In this document: positions 41,465 through 54,563 of the stretch, one piece after another
Position numbering within the stretch: the stretch's first letter is position 1
How the letters are laid out: every line of letters starts with the position of its first letter
NCBI GenBank assembly: GCA_965235115.1
Contig: OZ249441.1
Location: 6,200,001 to 6,264,000, forward strand
Source: Laetmonice hystrix
Taxonomy: Eukaryota
DNA length: 64,000 bases
Reading direction: 5' to 3'
Made by a program: the position numbers and the translations under genes
The notes under the pieces: generated by a model
Database searches by the model: none
What the model saw: only the letters and a program-made list of their open reading frames with translations
Told to the model about the DNA's origin: nothing

Positions 41465-41550
41465 CTGTCCCATATCGTCCTGTGTGTTAGCAGGGCCTGC
41501 ATAACCAGCGAGTCCCTCCGGAACTCACTCAGTCCCTCCAGATCTCCCAT
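41465..41550 (-). CDS. ARHGAP20: Candidate alternative first or mutually exclusive exon: MGDLEGLSEFRRDSLVMQALLTHRTIWD(S)
   Basis: tttaattccctccaag|ATG and GACAG|gtgagt, 86 nt, open, ends in phase 2 as the 27550 exon requires. Promoter-like motifs lie just upstream. Confidence 0.55.
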
Positions 41551-41599
41551 CTTGGAGGGAATTAAAGCACGTCACACGAGGGATCCAACTTGACCTTTC

Positions 41600-41665
41600 T
41601 GTACGTATCCCTTCCGGTTGAAACACTCCCGTGCCCTTCCGGCCTGCTGGGCCCCGCGCCAATCC
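41600..41665 (-). promoter_or_regulatory. Putative internal promoter upstream of the alternative ATG exon
   Basis: Two ETS-type CCGGAAG motifs (41611-17, 41636-42), a CCAAT (41659-63) and a CpG-rich patch 60-115 bp upstream of the ATG at 41550. Confidence 0.35.
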
Positions 41666-42755
41666 GATCTCGTAACCTAATGGTGCTCACAGGATACTGA
41701 CCGGCTGGCACAGAGTCAGCGGGGTACATTGTATGTAGATGACACAAACACTTCCCATTGTCCCAGCATTGAATGTCTTAGACAATGTCTGGATCCACGT
41801 TAAATCAATAGGAAGGGGTGATCTTGTAGCCAATGTACGTGTTGTCTTCTTTCAATACCTCTGTCCGGAGTCCTGGTGATGATCAGAGAGTGGGTACACC
41901 AGCTCCACAGACCCACGTATCCATACTCAAACTGTGAACGCTCACAATGACACCAGATGGGGCAGTCAAGGTCAACCCGAAACGCTGACATATGTATATC
42001 AGACATATACAGACTGACCAAATCACAGTGAGGTGCACCATATGGGGTCGGTGTAATAATATATGCGGGTTGTATGCCGTCAGCTTGAGGTTACGGCTCG
42101 AAACAACGCCTAGCACCATTAATGTACATGTACTCCAGTGGGCCAGGGCTTGCCTCCAGGTATTTCCAGGTGGGCCAGCGTTGAGGCCTCTCTCCAGGAG
42201 GTTAAGGCTTGTCACAGGTGGAGAGAGCGTTAATAACCTACTTGTATGCTTTAGGCAGCGGTTACCTGTAATTATATCGCCCCACGCCGCAGCCCAATAC
42301 TTGTATGTGAACCTCTGTGTACACAAACACTGCACTCTTAACGGCGGCTTGTTCTTTGAGCGATCTAATATAGGCACACATGAAATTTAAAAAATCATTA
42401 TCTTCTGGTGACCGGAAAGTCAACTCAACCTGTACTCTAGCCCTGACATGTCCTCCGTTAATTTATAATACATAATGCACGGTTAGGTTATTGTTGGCGT
42501 CTGTTCCTCGTTTAAGACTCCCAATGCCTCGGGGTGTTGGCGGCTGCAGGACGTCTTCAACTCGTCCGCCAGCTGGTCAGCTTGTGGTGGCGACTCCTTG
42601 GGGCCATCTACAGCCGTCAGGTCTGACACCCACCCTGACCCCTTAATGTGTCTGGGTTGTTTACCGTGTCTCCCTTGTCGTACTTTGTACATGAGTGACC
42701 GGCGGTCAGCGGGACTGAGCTCCCGTGAACGGCGGCAGTGGTCGATCGTCTCTCG

Positions 42756-43152
42756 TGTTGTCGGAATGTCCAAGTGATCGACCCAAGGTTAGCTCTGGTC
42801 CTGTGTCGGAACACCGACTGATTGTTGTCGGAATGTCCAAGTGATCGACCCAAGCTCTGGTCCTGTGTCGGAACACCGACTGATTGTTGTCGCAATGTCC
42901 AAGTGATCGACCCAAGGTTAGCTCTGGTCCTGTGTCGGAACACCAACTGATTGTTGTCGGAATGTCCAAGTGATCGAGCCAAGGTTAGCTCTGGTCCTGT
43001 GTCGGAACACCGACTGATTGTTGTCGGAATGTCCAAGTGATCGACCCAAGGTTAGCTCTGGTCCTGTGTCGGAACACCGACTGATTGTTGTCGGAATGTC
43101 CAAGTGATCGAGCCAAGGTTAGCTCTGGTCCTGTGTCGGAATACCGACTGAT
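42756..43152. repeat. 67-bp tandem repeat, 6 copies
   Basis: Unit TGTTGTCGGAATGTCCAAGTGATCGACCCAAGGTTAGCTCTGGTCCTGTGTCGGAACACCGACTGAT; one unit is shorter. Confidence 0.96.
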
Positions 43153-43813
43153 ATATAACGGCCATCAACAAGTATTAAAGTATACGGAGTGGCCGGTCAG
43201 TTCGTAGAGCGGGCGGGCGGGCGGTCATCAGGATCCAGTCAACCTTCAGCACCGATCCCCTATTATAATAATACTCGGCCATGTATACATACGACCCAGG
43301 CGTCTGGCTTAGTGTGGTTGTTTGGGACCACTTACGGACCCCCAGCCCCACCCCGCCTGGCCACTGGTATAATATATATATATATTATACGACATAGTAC
43401 TTGCATTTCAACATGCTGGCTATCAGCCATGCATACCTATCAATACCAATGCTAATGTAGGGCGGACTGGCATAAATTTTGTTTAACAAAATTTTGTTCT
43501 GTTTGTTGAACTGAGACAGGGCAGCGCATGTTTTTGTTTTGTTTTTCTTCTAAACTCTTCATAGGAAATCCTATCTGGAATGCACCTTATCCGGGATATC
43601 CTTTATAATTATCATTTTTACTGGTCACTTCGGGCTATTACAGGTTGGCTACAATAAAATTTCATGAATTTCTAGACTAAAACTCCCAAATTCCATAATC
43701 AATTCCGGATAAAATTAAGAAAATACACTAAAATCTCAGAATTGCCCCCTAGTACGTCCTGCAACTTTATAATTTAAAGTTCCACGTGGAAGTTTATAAT
43801 TTAAATATAAATT

Positions 43814-43887
43814 ATTTTCCATGACTTTTCCAGGCCTGCAAAACCAAATTTTATTTTCCATGACTTTTTATGACCGTGGGAACCCTG
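43814..43887 (-). mobile_element. Solo terminal fragment of a hAT-like non-autonomous element
   Basis: Minus strand begins CAGGGTTCCCACGGTCATAAAAAGTCATGGAAAA with a duplicated subterminal ATTTTCCATGACTTTT. CAGGG termini are typical of hAT; no partner end found. Confidence 0.35.
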
Positions 43888-46301
43888 GTATATCGGGGGT
43901 AACAGGAACGCTAACTTTCCAGAGGTAAACAAAGATGTGGTAAGATTTTAATCAGCTCAGTGGTGGAGGTCGTCTAATTTACAATCACCAGACGATGTTT
44001 TGGTACCGGGACTGGTAGAAAACCCAGGACGCCTGTACTTGGTGGCGAACGTCCAGCCGGGAGTGTTTCTGCTGACGTTGTTGGTGTCCACCACGGGAGA
44101 TTTTCACGGAAATTGTTTAAGATCTGGAGAAGTACATGGAATGTTGCTGACCAAGCATGGACCACTCGTGTGGTCAACAGCATGGTCATGGCCGGGTGGT
44201 CAAAACAATTCTAAATAATAATGTTTTGGTGAGAGGATTATACGGGAGTTAGAGAATTCTACGAAACCATAATGTTTGGTCAGGGATAACAAGGGACCAG
44301 GGGGATTCTCTCTCAATGCCTTGTTGCCATTCGCAACCACTGAACGCCAGATTGCTGAAAGGATTTGTAACAAAATGCCGACTTCAGCAGACTGACAAGT
44401 TCGCCAGGTTTGAGGGTTCAGGGGAAGAATCTTGACCTAAACACTGATTCTCCACTCATTTGCACGAACTCAACCAAATTGCCAGACACCTAACAACTTT
44501 ATTGCACTCAAATTCACAAAATGGGCTACTTTACACCAAATTCATCGCCAACCACTTGTCCTTATCATTTTAATATCAGCAATTTTGAGTCGAACATCTT
44601 GTGCACCGACCAAAGATATATCTGACCAATTTACTAAACTGTTAAAAGCATGACGATGAAGAAAGAAAACCAGAGTTCTGGCGCCAGAAACCCGAGCTGA
44701 TGTGATCAGAGTGGTAGTCAATGGTACCGATTGTTATTATATAAAACTGTCTCAACTATTTCACATGTCAATTTGTTTTTATGATGTCGTCTTGTATCTA
44801 TCTGTCCATGACAAACATGTGGGGCGTGGGGACATTTCAGCCAAGTACATGCCGGGATCAGGGACGCTCGATGGTAAAGTTGGCGTTCCCCGATCTCCCA
44901 AACGTTTTCTGTCTCACTTCTTCTCGATATCACCATTTTGTTCTACCTCCAAGTTCATTCTCGAACTAAAACATACCCTACCTTCCCACATACTGAATGA
45001 AAAGTGTAACTTATAAATTCTCCCTCACATCAACTATTCAGAAATCCATATTATGACCTTTAATTTCAATACGGTATATATAATCTTGGGGGGGTACATC
45101 TTGTTACATGAACACCATCCTCCAATCCAATCATTATTTCATTAAGGAGGCCATTTCTGGACTCTGCAGAGACACAAAATTTTCCTAACTTTGTCAACTG
45201 TCAACCCCAGGTTGCGGGTGACGGGACTGTTCGGTTATAAAAGTCATTTTCAGGTCATTTCTGTACATGGACAAGTCGCTGTCCTTTTATTTCTATGCTA
45301 ATGGTAATAGATTGGTATCCTGTACGGGTGTTCCTAACCGTCATCAGGTGCGTGATTGTATGCACTATGTCAACACTATAACCATAAAATATTTATCTAT
45401 CACAGTGAAACGTTATTATCCTCAATAAACAACTAAAAATACTAAGTCTTATTAATGAAGTTTAACCATCGCAAACCGTCAGATGGACACTCATAGCATA
45501 CCAGTCTATCGATATTTAGGTGTTTTGTAACTTGTTGATTTATATCTTGGGTTCGAATTAAATGCATCTTCCACGAAAAAGAGATTTTGACGGAGAGGTA
45601 AACATGTTTCTCTTTAACTATGACGTGAGGATTAGTATCAATCTTGTTTTGACTCAAGTGTTAGTACAGGTCTTGCTTGGCTTGCATAAATGTCTCTACA
45701 ATGGCTGCTCTAACTGCCCTCGTCACAGCGGGTGACGGGCCCAGACAATAACATCGCCATAGAGAGGCGGGAACCCGCATACTAAGACCAGCTTACTAAG
45801 GCCGGGTTGGGAGAGGGACGAAGCATACCTTCCATACCGGTGTTACATAACCGAGGGGACCAATTTAAGAGTTGGATATGTCGTACACGGACTTCAGGAT
45901 CAGCATGTTGAGTGATTCACGAGTTTGCCCTCCCAAACATTCCAGACCAAATTATCCACAAAGTATATATTCAGGGTTGTCAGATAAAAGTGCTGGCCTT
46001 GCAAACCTTGAATGTGTTTGAATGGCTCAAGGTGCCATCCTGAATCATGATATAACAACCTGGACTGAATGGAGACCCTCTCCAGACACCCAGGTTGTGG
46101 TTTACTGGTATGTGACGAATGTATGCAAACCATATAAACGGTACAATTTGATTTCTAAATGGGTCTCCGGGCCGAATTTGGCATTCCACTTAAAAAAAAT
46201 CACAAACTCTTTGCACCCGAGAAAACCCATGCAATTCTTTGTAAGTTCCGAAAATGGATGTCATTATCCACTCCTAAACACCATCCTGGTCACTGTTTGT
46301 G

Positions 46302-46613
46302 CAGCTTTCTGTCCCATGCACCCCAGTACTGGGTTCGGAAGGAATCGCTGCAAACTCTACCTTACAGACCCATGTCAACTACCACATATCGTACTAGTTG
46401 ATCATATCATCCCGTCTATGTTTCAGGGCTCGGAACTCCTGGGACATAACTGTGGGAACTCCTGGGACATACCTGTGGGTCAGTGGGAATCAGCTTTCTG
46501 CCCCATGCACCCCAGTACTGGGTTCGGAAGGAATCGCTGCAAACTCTACCTTACGGACCCATGTCAACTGCCACACATCGTACTAGTCGATCATATCAAC
46601 CCGTCTATGTTTC
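46302..46613. repeat. 189-bp period direct duplication
   Basis: CAGCTTTCTG(T/C)CCCATGCACCCCAGTACTGGG at 46302 and 46491. Confidence 0.93.
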
Positions 46614-47502
46614 TTATGTTTAAATCATTGCCGCATTGATATAAATTATCACATGCCAGGTGTCCTTTATTTTGCATTTTAGTCCCTTAATGACCTTCTT
46701 TTGAATCAACCGTAACCAAAGTCTCCAAGTCATAATTTGAACCTTGCAGCAGTTACATAATAACCAGCGGCAAGCTGAACCCCCGCCTAGTGCAGACACA
46801 GCAGAAGACGTCACTTTAACACCGCAATCGTTTGTTCTAGGAACATCTGAGATCTGCCAATCACACTGACCGACCAGAATACTCACTTCTGTCTTACCCT
46901 GACAGAAGTACAAAGATCAGAAGTGTACCTTTCTGGGAACTGATACCGGATATGGGAGACTCAAGGTTTGAGCGGAGAATAGAAAGCCATAAATAGCTCG
47001 AGCAGCAAGGCGACGGTTCCCACCAAAGGTATGACATGGTGGTTGAGTTCACTGAGGCGTCAGGACATGACGCTGTGGTCTTCATACCTGTGGTCAGTGT
47101 CCATGTATAATATAGTTCTCTCCATTCACCCAAACCATTATATAGGAGTCATCAATAAAACGCCACAGTCGTACCACATTGTTGTGGCTTCCATCAGATC
47201 ATGATCAACACCAAACGAATATAATTTGTCTTAGTCCCCACACATAACTGTTATTTTTATTTCATGTGACATATTTCTACTTCTATCCGTATTTATGAAG
47301 CAAACACGCCTGTCACACACATGGCTGGACGCCTTTATATATGCCATCTTATACAAACACACGGAACCCCATAAGTCCGCCTTCATTTGACATGTGACCC
47401 TAGCGGAAATACCCATCTATCTGTGGCCATCAATTAGATGGGGAAAGTCAAAACACCCACGTGTTGGAGGGCAATTAGAGGGAAACACCCACGTAACTGT
47501 CA

Positions 47503-47990
47503 CATGCTCAGGGCTCGGAGCTCCTGGGACATAACTGTGGGTCAGCGGGAATCAATGAAAACAAGGAAAGTCCCCTAGATACATGATCAGGGCTCGGAGC
47601 TCCTGGGACATAACTGTGGGTCAGTGGGAATCAATGAAAACAAGGAAAGTCCCCTAGATACATGATCAGGGCTCGGAGGTCCTGGGACATAACTGTGGGT
47701 CGGCGGGAATCGATGAATCAAGGAAAGTCCCCTAGATACATGATCAGGGCTCGGAGCTCCTGAGACATAACTGTGGGTCAGTGGGAATAAATGAAAACAA
47801 GTCCTTTAGATACATGATCAGGGCTCGGAGCTCCTGGGACATAGCTGTGGGTCAGTGGGAATCAATGAAAACAAGTCCTCTAGATACATGATCAGGGCTC
47901 GGAGCTCCTGGGACATAACTGTGGGTCAGTGGGAATCAATGAAAACAAGTCCTCTAGATACATGACCAGGGCTCGGAAAGGCCCTAGATA
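47503..47990. repeat. 74-79-bp tandem repeat, ~6.3 copies
   Basis: CATG.TCAGGGCTCGGAG at 47503, 47582, 47661, 47739, 47813, 47887 and 47961. Confidence 0.96.
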
Positions 47991-48507
47991 CTACAGACTC
48001 AGGAGCCTGATAGACGCGACTGGACTATCTATTGTCAAATCTACTCCAATATTTATCCTGGTCCTGGATGTATCCACCTTATTTACTGCTCCTATCTGAG
48101 TACACATGATACAACCAATGTGGGATTATTTTTTATCTTATGTAAATAACAGAAGATAAAGTTATAAGATCCAGTAGCAGATCATCTGAATGTTGATGCG
48201 GAGGCTGCACTGTGACCTTACAGATGACCTCTGTGGTTAGGATGATCAAACAGTGTCACAACCTATTCCCGATACCCATGGGTATATCTTCTATGTGATA
48301 AATGGGATACAAATACAGCCGCCACCCCACGCAATGCTAACTCACAACTGACACAGCAAATACTGCCGGGAGTGGGCACGGACTAATGGTTGAATTATAA
48401 TCCTACTGTAAATCTCACCTTATCTATTCGGCAGCCTATACCACACATTATGTTATAAAGATACTGCTGAAAGAGTGCTACATGATTACCCCGGTATACA
48501 GGTGGTA

Positions 48508-49265
48508 TTCCTTCCTCGTACATGTGATACCAACAACTCTTACCATTACCCCCAGTATATCCCTACATCTCACATGGAAAGGTCTAGCAATGGGTCCTTC
48601 CTCGTACATGTGATACCAACAACTCTTACCATTACCCCCAGTATATATCCCTACATCTCACATGGAAAGGTCTAGCAATGGGTCCTTCCGACTCCATGTG
48701 ATACCAACAACTCTTACCATTACCCCCAGTATGTCCCTACCTCTCACATGGAAAGGTCTAGCAATGGGTCCTTCCTCGTACATGTGATACCAACAACTCT
48801 TACCATTACCCCCAGTATATATCCCTACATCTCACATGGAAAGGTCTAGCAATGGGTCCTTCCTCGTACATGTGATACCAACAACTCTTACCATTACCCC
48901 CAGTATATATCCCTACATCTCACATGGAAAGGTCTAGCAATGGGTCCTTCCGACTCCATGTGATACCAACAACTCTTACCATTACCCCCAGTATGTCCCT
49001 ACCTCTCACATGGAAAGGTCTAGCAATGGGTCCTTCCTCGTACATGTGATACCAACAACTCTTACCATTACCCCCAGTATATCCCTACATCTCACATGGA
49101 AAGGTCTAGCAATGGGTCCTTCCTCGTACATGTGATACCAACAACTCTTCCCAGTATATCCCTACCTCTCACATGGAAAGGTCTAGCAATGGGTCCTTCC
49201 TCGTACATGTGATACCAACAACTCTTACCATTACCCCCAGTATATCCCTACCTCTCACATGGAAA
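48508..49265. repeat. 86-88-bp tandem repeat, ~9 copies, with higher-order structure
   Basis: Unit TTCCTCGTACATGTGATACCAACAACTCTTACCATTACCCCCAGTATATATCCCTACATCTCACATGGAAAGGTCTAGCAATGGGTCC. Confidence 0.96.
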
Positions 49266-49734
49266 GCTCTCGCCACCATGCCATACATAGTAGACACTGA
49301 ATCGCTGAAACTCCAAGTTCTAAGACAAGTGCTGTGGGTTTATATTCATCAATCGATCCTTTAAACAGATGTTTGCATGCTCAACCCGTCCCCGTCTGCC
49401 AGAATGCCATGCCCTGAATGTAAGCACGCATTAATAAGTCGACCTGACCTGGCTTTCTGCCGGGGTTCGTTCTGACACAATCCACTTCAAATAAAACAAT
49501 GTCCCGCTGTTTTCTGTCACTGACATATACAAACACTCCTGCGGTACGGCTCACTAAGACAATACGACCTTGTGTGCATGTTTAGATCTTACATGTTGGT
49601 TGGTTCTTCGTGAACCCTCCCTAGGAATGATTCTCTGTAAATGAAGTTGGTATGACAGCTTGGTAACTTGTGAAGTTCTCCGTGACCGGAGCCTCAGGGA
49701 GGTTGTAATGGGTATTTAGTAATGACGTACTTAC

Positions 49735-49811
49735 CCCTGTTTTTTGCTGAGGGTCCGTAGAATCATGGCCCCGGGCGCCGACCGCCTCCGTGAGTGTAGG
49801 GCCTTCATCTT
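49735..49811 (-). CDS. ARHGAP20: ARHGAP20-like exon: KMKALHSRRRSAPGAMILRTLSKKQ(G)
   Basis: ttttacag acceptor, GG|gtaagt donor, 77 nt, phase 0 to 2. Resembles the KMKTLAERRRSAPSLIL segment of vertebrate ARHGAP20 as I recall it. Confidence 0.88.
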
Positions 49812-51381
49812 CTGTAAAACCAAGGTCAAAGGGTCATCAGAAACACCTTATACACTGACTCTCTTCAATGTTACTAGCTACCTTTACATGGACTCAGGCT
49901 CTTAGAAACCATTGGCACACAACTACACACGTCGGATTACTGAAAAAATCGTAACTTATTCATGAGAATATCCGGCGGGGGACTTGTCTATATCAGTCTA
50001 ACACAGTCTACTTTGTAGGAGATATTGTTGTCGGTTACAATCAGTTGGAAGTACGACCGGTGTTTTCTAAAACCAGAGATTGGCCCCTTGATATGGAACT
50101 GGCTGTGTCGAGACGGTCAGGATCCTTGTTTGACAGATTCAATTCGGATACTTGCCCGGTATGAACAAAACAACAATCGACAACACACACCTCTTTTAGG
50201 GGAAGTTATATAAGTAACCTAAAAACCAATGTGAAATATGGACTTTATTTTGACAGGTGTTCTTTCCCATCCCACATCCCTTTGTTCATTATGACGTAGC
50301 GTTGATAGGTGGGACAAAGACGAACTACCAATGACTTGGGCCAAAAGGGGGCAGGACCCCCCTCTAGGCATCCATTTTTTTCAAAGCTTCCTGAGTTGAC
50401 TTTTGTTGGTCACCCCTATTAGCAGATTTCACCCCCCCCCCCCCCCCCGCTCCCCTTCAAAAATCCTGGCTGTCGTCTGATTAGTCCAACCACTGTCAAA
50501 CTATAAATCCTCACTTACTTTTTCACAAAGAAACTTTCCTTGTTTGTCTAAATAGCTCCAGTCTTGTCCTCTGACACAATACAAGTATATGTGAAACAAT
50601 ATACCATCCATCAATTTCTCATCACCATTACCTTACCGACAGGGAGGGAGAGAGAAAGTTGACTAGCAGTGCATGTCTACCACCGACAGCTAGCCATTGT
50701 TGTCGAACCTGAATTGTTCACTTTGATAATGACCTACAAACCAGATCATTCTCCACCACCGACATGGTGCATGTTGCACGAGATGCGGCATGCATGCATG
50801 CTGCATGTTTATGGCAGTTTGCGGCTAATTTGGCAGATTGATGTTCAGTTGAGAGACCATTCGCGCCACCGAGATCATTAAATACTTCTCCCTTGCGTGC
50901 ATCATTTCTCGCCACATGAAGAGCATATTAAGTTCACATTTATTGCTCATTTCACCAGGAAATATAGAACAAATTCAATCCTTAAAAATTGAAAAACCAA
51001 GCACATTAAACCTCCAACAAAACACAAACAGTTGGTGGATGGCATTTTGTACATTAACTTTTGTAATGAGCTATTCATGTTTAAGATTACTAATCGCCAT
51101 AATCATGAGAGAAAATATACATGTAATAATAATTTCAGCTTCAGTATATCCGGAAAAACTTCGCTTCATAGATTTATTTTTTAGAGCAGCCGAACAAACA
51201 GGAATAGTAACTGACACAACAATACCAGTTTAGTATCTTTTGTTTCTGTGCTCTTCACCATGACGCCTCCATATTAAACAACAAATAAGAAAGACGTCCG
51301 GCAGCTGGTATTGTTCAGTTGTTACGTTCAGTGTCAGCCTTTGGTGGCTCAGTACATGTGTGGACTGGGTGGACACTGACT

Positions 51382-51917
51382 GGATCCCCGTGATAACATT
51401 AACACAAAGTTTGTAGTCGAAACTCCACTTCTACCACTATTCCTAGACCGAAACCTAATCTAAACCTCTACTCATGGTTCCTCGACATCCCCTGGAAACT
51501 GTTCCCTACCCCTGCCCCAAACCCAGACCTCAACCCCTATTTCATGCTGGTCCTAGCTATCCCCTGGAAACTGTTCCCTACGCCTGCCCCAAACCCAGAC
51601 CTCAACCCCTATTTCATGCTGGTTCCTAGACATCCCCCGGAAACTGTTCCCTGCCCCTGCCCCAAACCCAGACCACAACCCCTATTTCATGCTGGTTCCT
51701 AGGCATCCCCCGGAAACTGTTCCCTACCCCTGCCCCAAACCCAGACCTCAACCCCTATTACATGCTGGTTCCTCGACATCCCCCGGAAACTGTTCCCTAC
51801 CCCTGCCCCAAACCCAGACCTCAACCCCTATTTCATGCTGGTTCCTATAGATAACCCCCGGAAACGTTTCCCTGCCCCAAACCTATTTCATGGGAACGTT
51901 ACCATGCGGAGTTACCC
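51382..51917. mobile_element. C-rich MITE, probably related to 9200-9396, with an internal tandem array
   Basis: Left GGATCCCCGTGATAACATT, right reverse complement GGGTAACTCCGCATGGTAACGTT, flanking CTGACT(G) direct repeat, internal ~73-bp array. Confidence 0.5.
51472..51890. repeat. ~73-bp tandem repeat, ~5.5 copies, inside a MITE
   Basis: GGAAAC(T/G) anchors at 51494, 51566, 51639, 51712, 51785 and 51860. Confidence 0.95.
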
Positions 51918-52895
51918 TGACTGTATACAATAGGCCGCCCAGTGCCATGCTCCCGGACGGTAGGTAGCAGTTCTAGGAACTCCCACTAATTAGATCCCCT
52001 TTGATGTCTCGGTGTTTATGGTGTATCCTAGTCACGACCAACACCTCACAACCACAAGACATTGGTAACCATGGCCGGTAACCACGGTTAGACTTCCCGG
52101 AAGCCGGTACACTACTGTCTTTGTGGTGTCACACCAAATGGTATCCCCCTGGAGAATCATCTCACAGAACGTCTCCCCCGACTCCACACTCTTGTCTGCA
52201 TGTGGTGGACCGTTTTTCAGTGGTATGTTTTTTGCCCTCTCGAGATGCCTTTGGGGCTCGACAGGTAGGGTTAAAAATTACGCTCAATTACCATAACCAA
52301 TCTTCCGCGTGAATGGAGCATTTACATACTTTTGGTGCACAATTTCTTACCAAATACTTTCAATTTAAAGGAGAGAATAACCACCCTTGTATGATCTTTA
52401 TATGGGAAAAGCGCCATTTAAAGAAATTCCTGAAAAATGTGTGGAATTCACGGGTGCAGAATTTCCTTTTTAATTTTTTTCTTTTTTTAGAAAGTGCTCG
52501 GTCCTTCTAAATCACGGATTGAAACCCTCTACATTCACTGGAGTATTTCATTCCAATGACTTGAGCTATGCGGTTCATTGATAACGTACGCAGTCTGTAC
52601 TGTACTCTCACGTAATACAAGACAGGTTGCCGGAGGGGAGATGGCCTAAGCCGAAACTAAACCATGAGAAATCAGCCACATATATCTGTAGACCCCAGGA
52701 TACAGCCAACGACACACCAAATTAAGCGACAAGTATCCTGGTTCACCTGCCAGGGTTTCTTCGTTTTCTTATGGCCAGAAATGTAAGATTTAGGTCCAAA
52801 TACAACTGGATGGGACTCACCTTCCATCTTATAGTTATGATCCCCTGATTTTGATCCTCGCCCGGTAAGTCCTGACTGATCATGGTTGTCTATGG

Positions 52896-53106
52896 TGATC
52901 ACTGCCAGACTTGGCGGATCATCACCACTCAGTGTTAGCACTCTCTCAATGATCACTGCCAGACTTGGCGGATCATCACCACTCAGTGTTAGCACTCTCT
53001 CAATGATCACTGCCAGACTTGGCGGATCATCACCACTCAGTGTTAGCACTCTTTCAATGATCACTGCCAGACTTGGCGGACCATCACCACTCAGTGTGAG
53101 CACTGA
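52896..53106. repeat. 54-bp tandem repeat, ~4 copies
   Basis: Unit TGATCACTGCCAGACTTGGCGGATCATCACCACTCAGTGTTAGCACTCTCTCAA. Confidence 0.96.
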
Positions 53107-54213
53107 GTATGAGCAGAATCTGAGCACAGTTCGGGCACAGTCCCAGCATCAGCAAGCTGGTGTATCTCTGAGACCAGCGGTACTCACAGTCCATGTGACC
53201 ATCAATCCCTGTGCTGCGTCCACCAGTATCTCTGACTACCGGCGGACGGTGAGGACAGAGAGCCTGGTATCTTATCACCTCACCGGTAGATGGCGCTCAT
53301 GATCAGCTACAATCCCCACTGTCATAAAACCAAACCTGTCACAACATGTACCCCCCCCCCCCCCCCCCCACACCACTCCTGACTCTCACACAGACCATCC
53401 AGGGTACTCCTGCCAAACGATTCCTCCAGCATCCTGCCACCTACCGGCAATGCCCTGAACTGACCCACCCTTCGGTCTCACGCCCTGTCTTTGTTGTATG
53501 TGACACGGCTATTTTCTTCTGAAAGGGTTCTCAAGAGAGTTATGAATTATTAACAGCGCTTGACTAGAACTGCTGGGATTCCCACACCACAGTGCCAATA
53601 TGGCAAGAATCCCGATCAGATCCTGAGGAAAACCTTGACGACTGTTCTTACAAGTGACACCCTCGCATGACGACATATCAGTTTCCATGATCACTGCACA
53701 CAGATAATTACCATCTATTTAAAGTGGATACTGTCATTAGCAACAACGCTAAGGGTGAGGTGGAAGCTGGCACACTCACTCACTCACCCCATCACCGGGG
53801 CTGGCCCAGTGTCACATTGGCCATGCCTAATCTAGCGAAATATATGCTGCTTTTGGAGGCGGAATCATGCACGCTCACCTCTTGGTAATACAGGTGTTGT
53901 GTTTCCATGGTAACCGTATATAAAGAAAATAAACAGAGATGATGAGGGATCAATAGTGATGTACCAGAGCGCCCCCGAGTGATAGTGTTGGGAGAGTTTC
54001 CCTGCACCAGATCCCGCACGGCGCACCAACACGGAGCATGTGGGAGCAGGAAAGGGGGTTGTTTCCTTCACAAGGTTCGCGAACACCCACATCCCCAGTG
54101 TTTTATATCTATATCGGCCACGAAACTAAAATTACAAGATTTGCATTCAAGAATTGAGTTCAATGTAACAAACTTTAACGCTGTCACCCTAAAAGATGAC
54201 CCTTACAATCATT

Positions 54214-54563
54214 GCTATGTATGTCCCAACATAAAGTTCATTTTCTTACGGAGATTACAGACCTATGGGAAATACCGCAGCTATGCATGTCCCAACATTA
54301 AGTTCATTATCTTACGGAGATAACAGCCCTATGGGAAATACCGCAGCTATGCATGTCCCAACATAAAGTTCATCATCTTACGGAGATTACAGACCTATGG
54401 GAAATACCGCAGCTATGCATGTCCCAACATAAAGTTCATCATCTTACCTATGGGAAATACCGCAGCTATGCATGTCCCAACATAAAGTTCGTTCTCTTAC
54501 GGACATTACAGACCTATGGGAAATACCGCAGCTATGCATGTCCCAACATAAAGTTCATTATCT
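54214..54563. repeat. 66-bp tandem repeat, ~5.4 copies
   Basis: GCTATGCATGTCCCAACATAAAGTTCAT..CTTACGGAGATTACAGACCTATGGGAAATACCGCA; one unit has an internal deletion. Confidence 0.95.
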
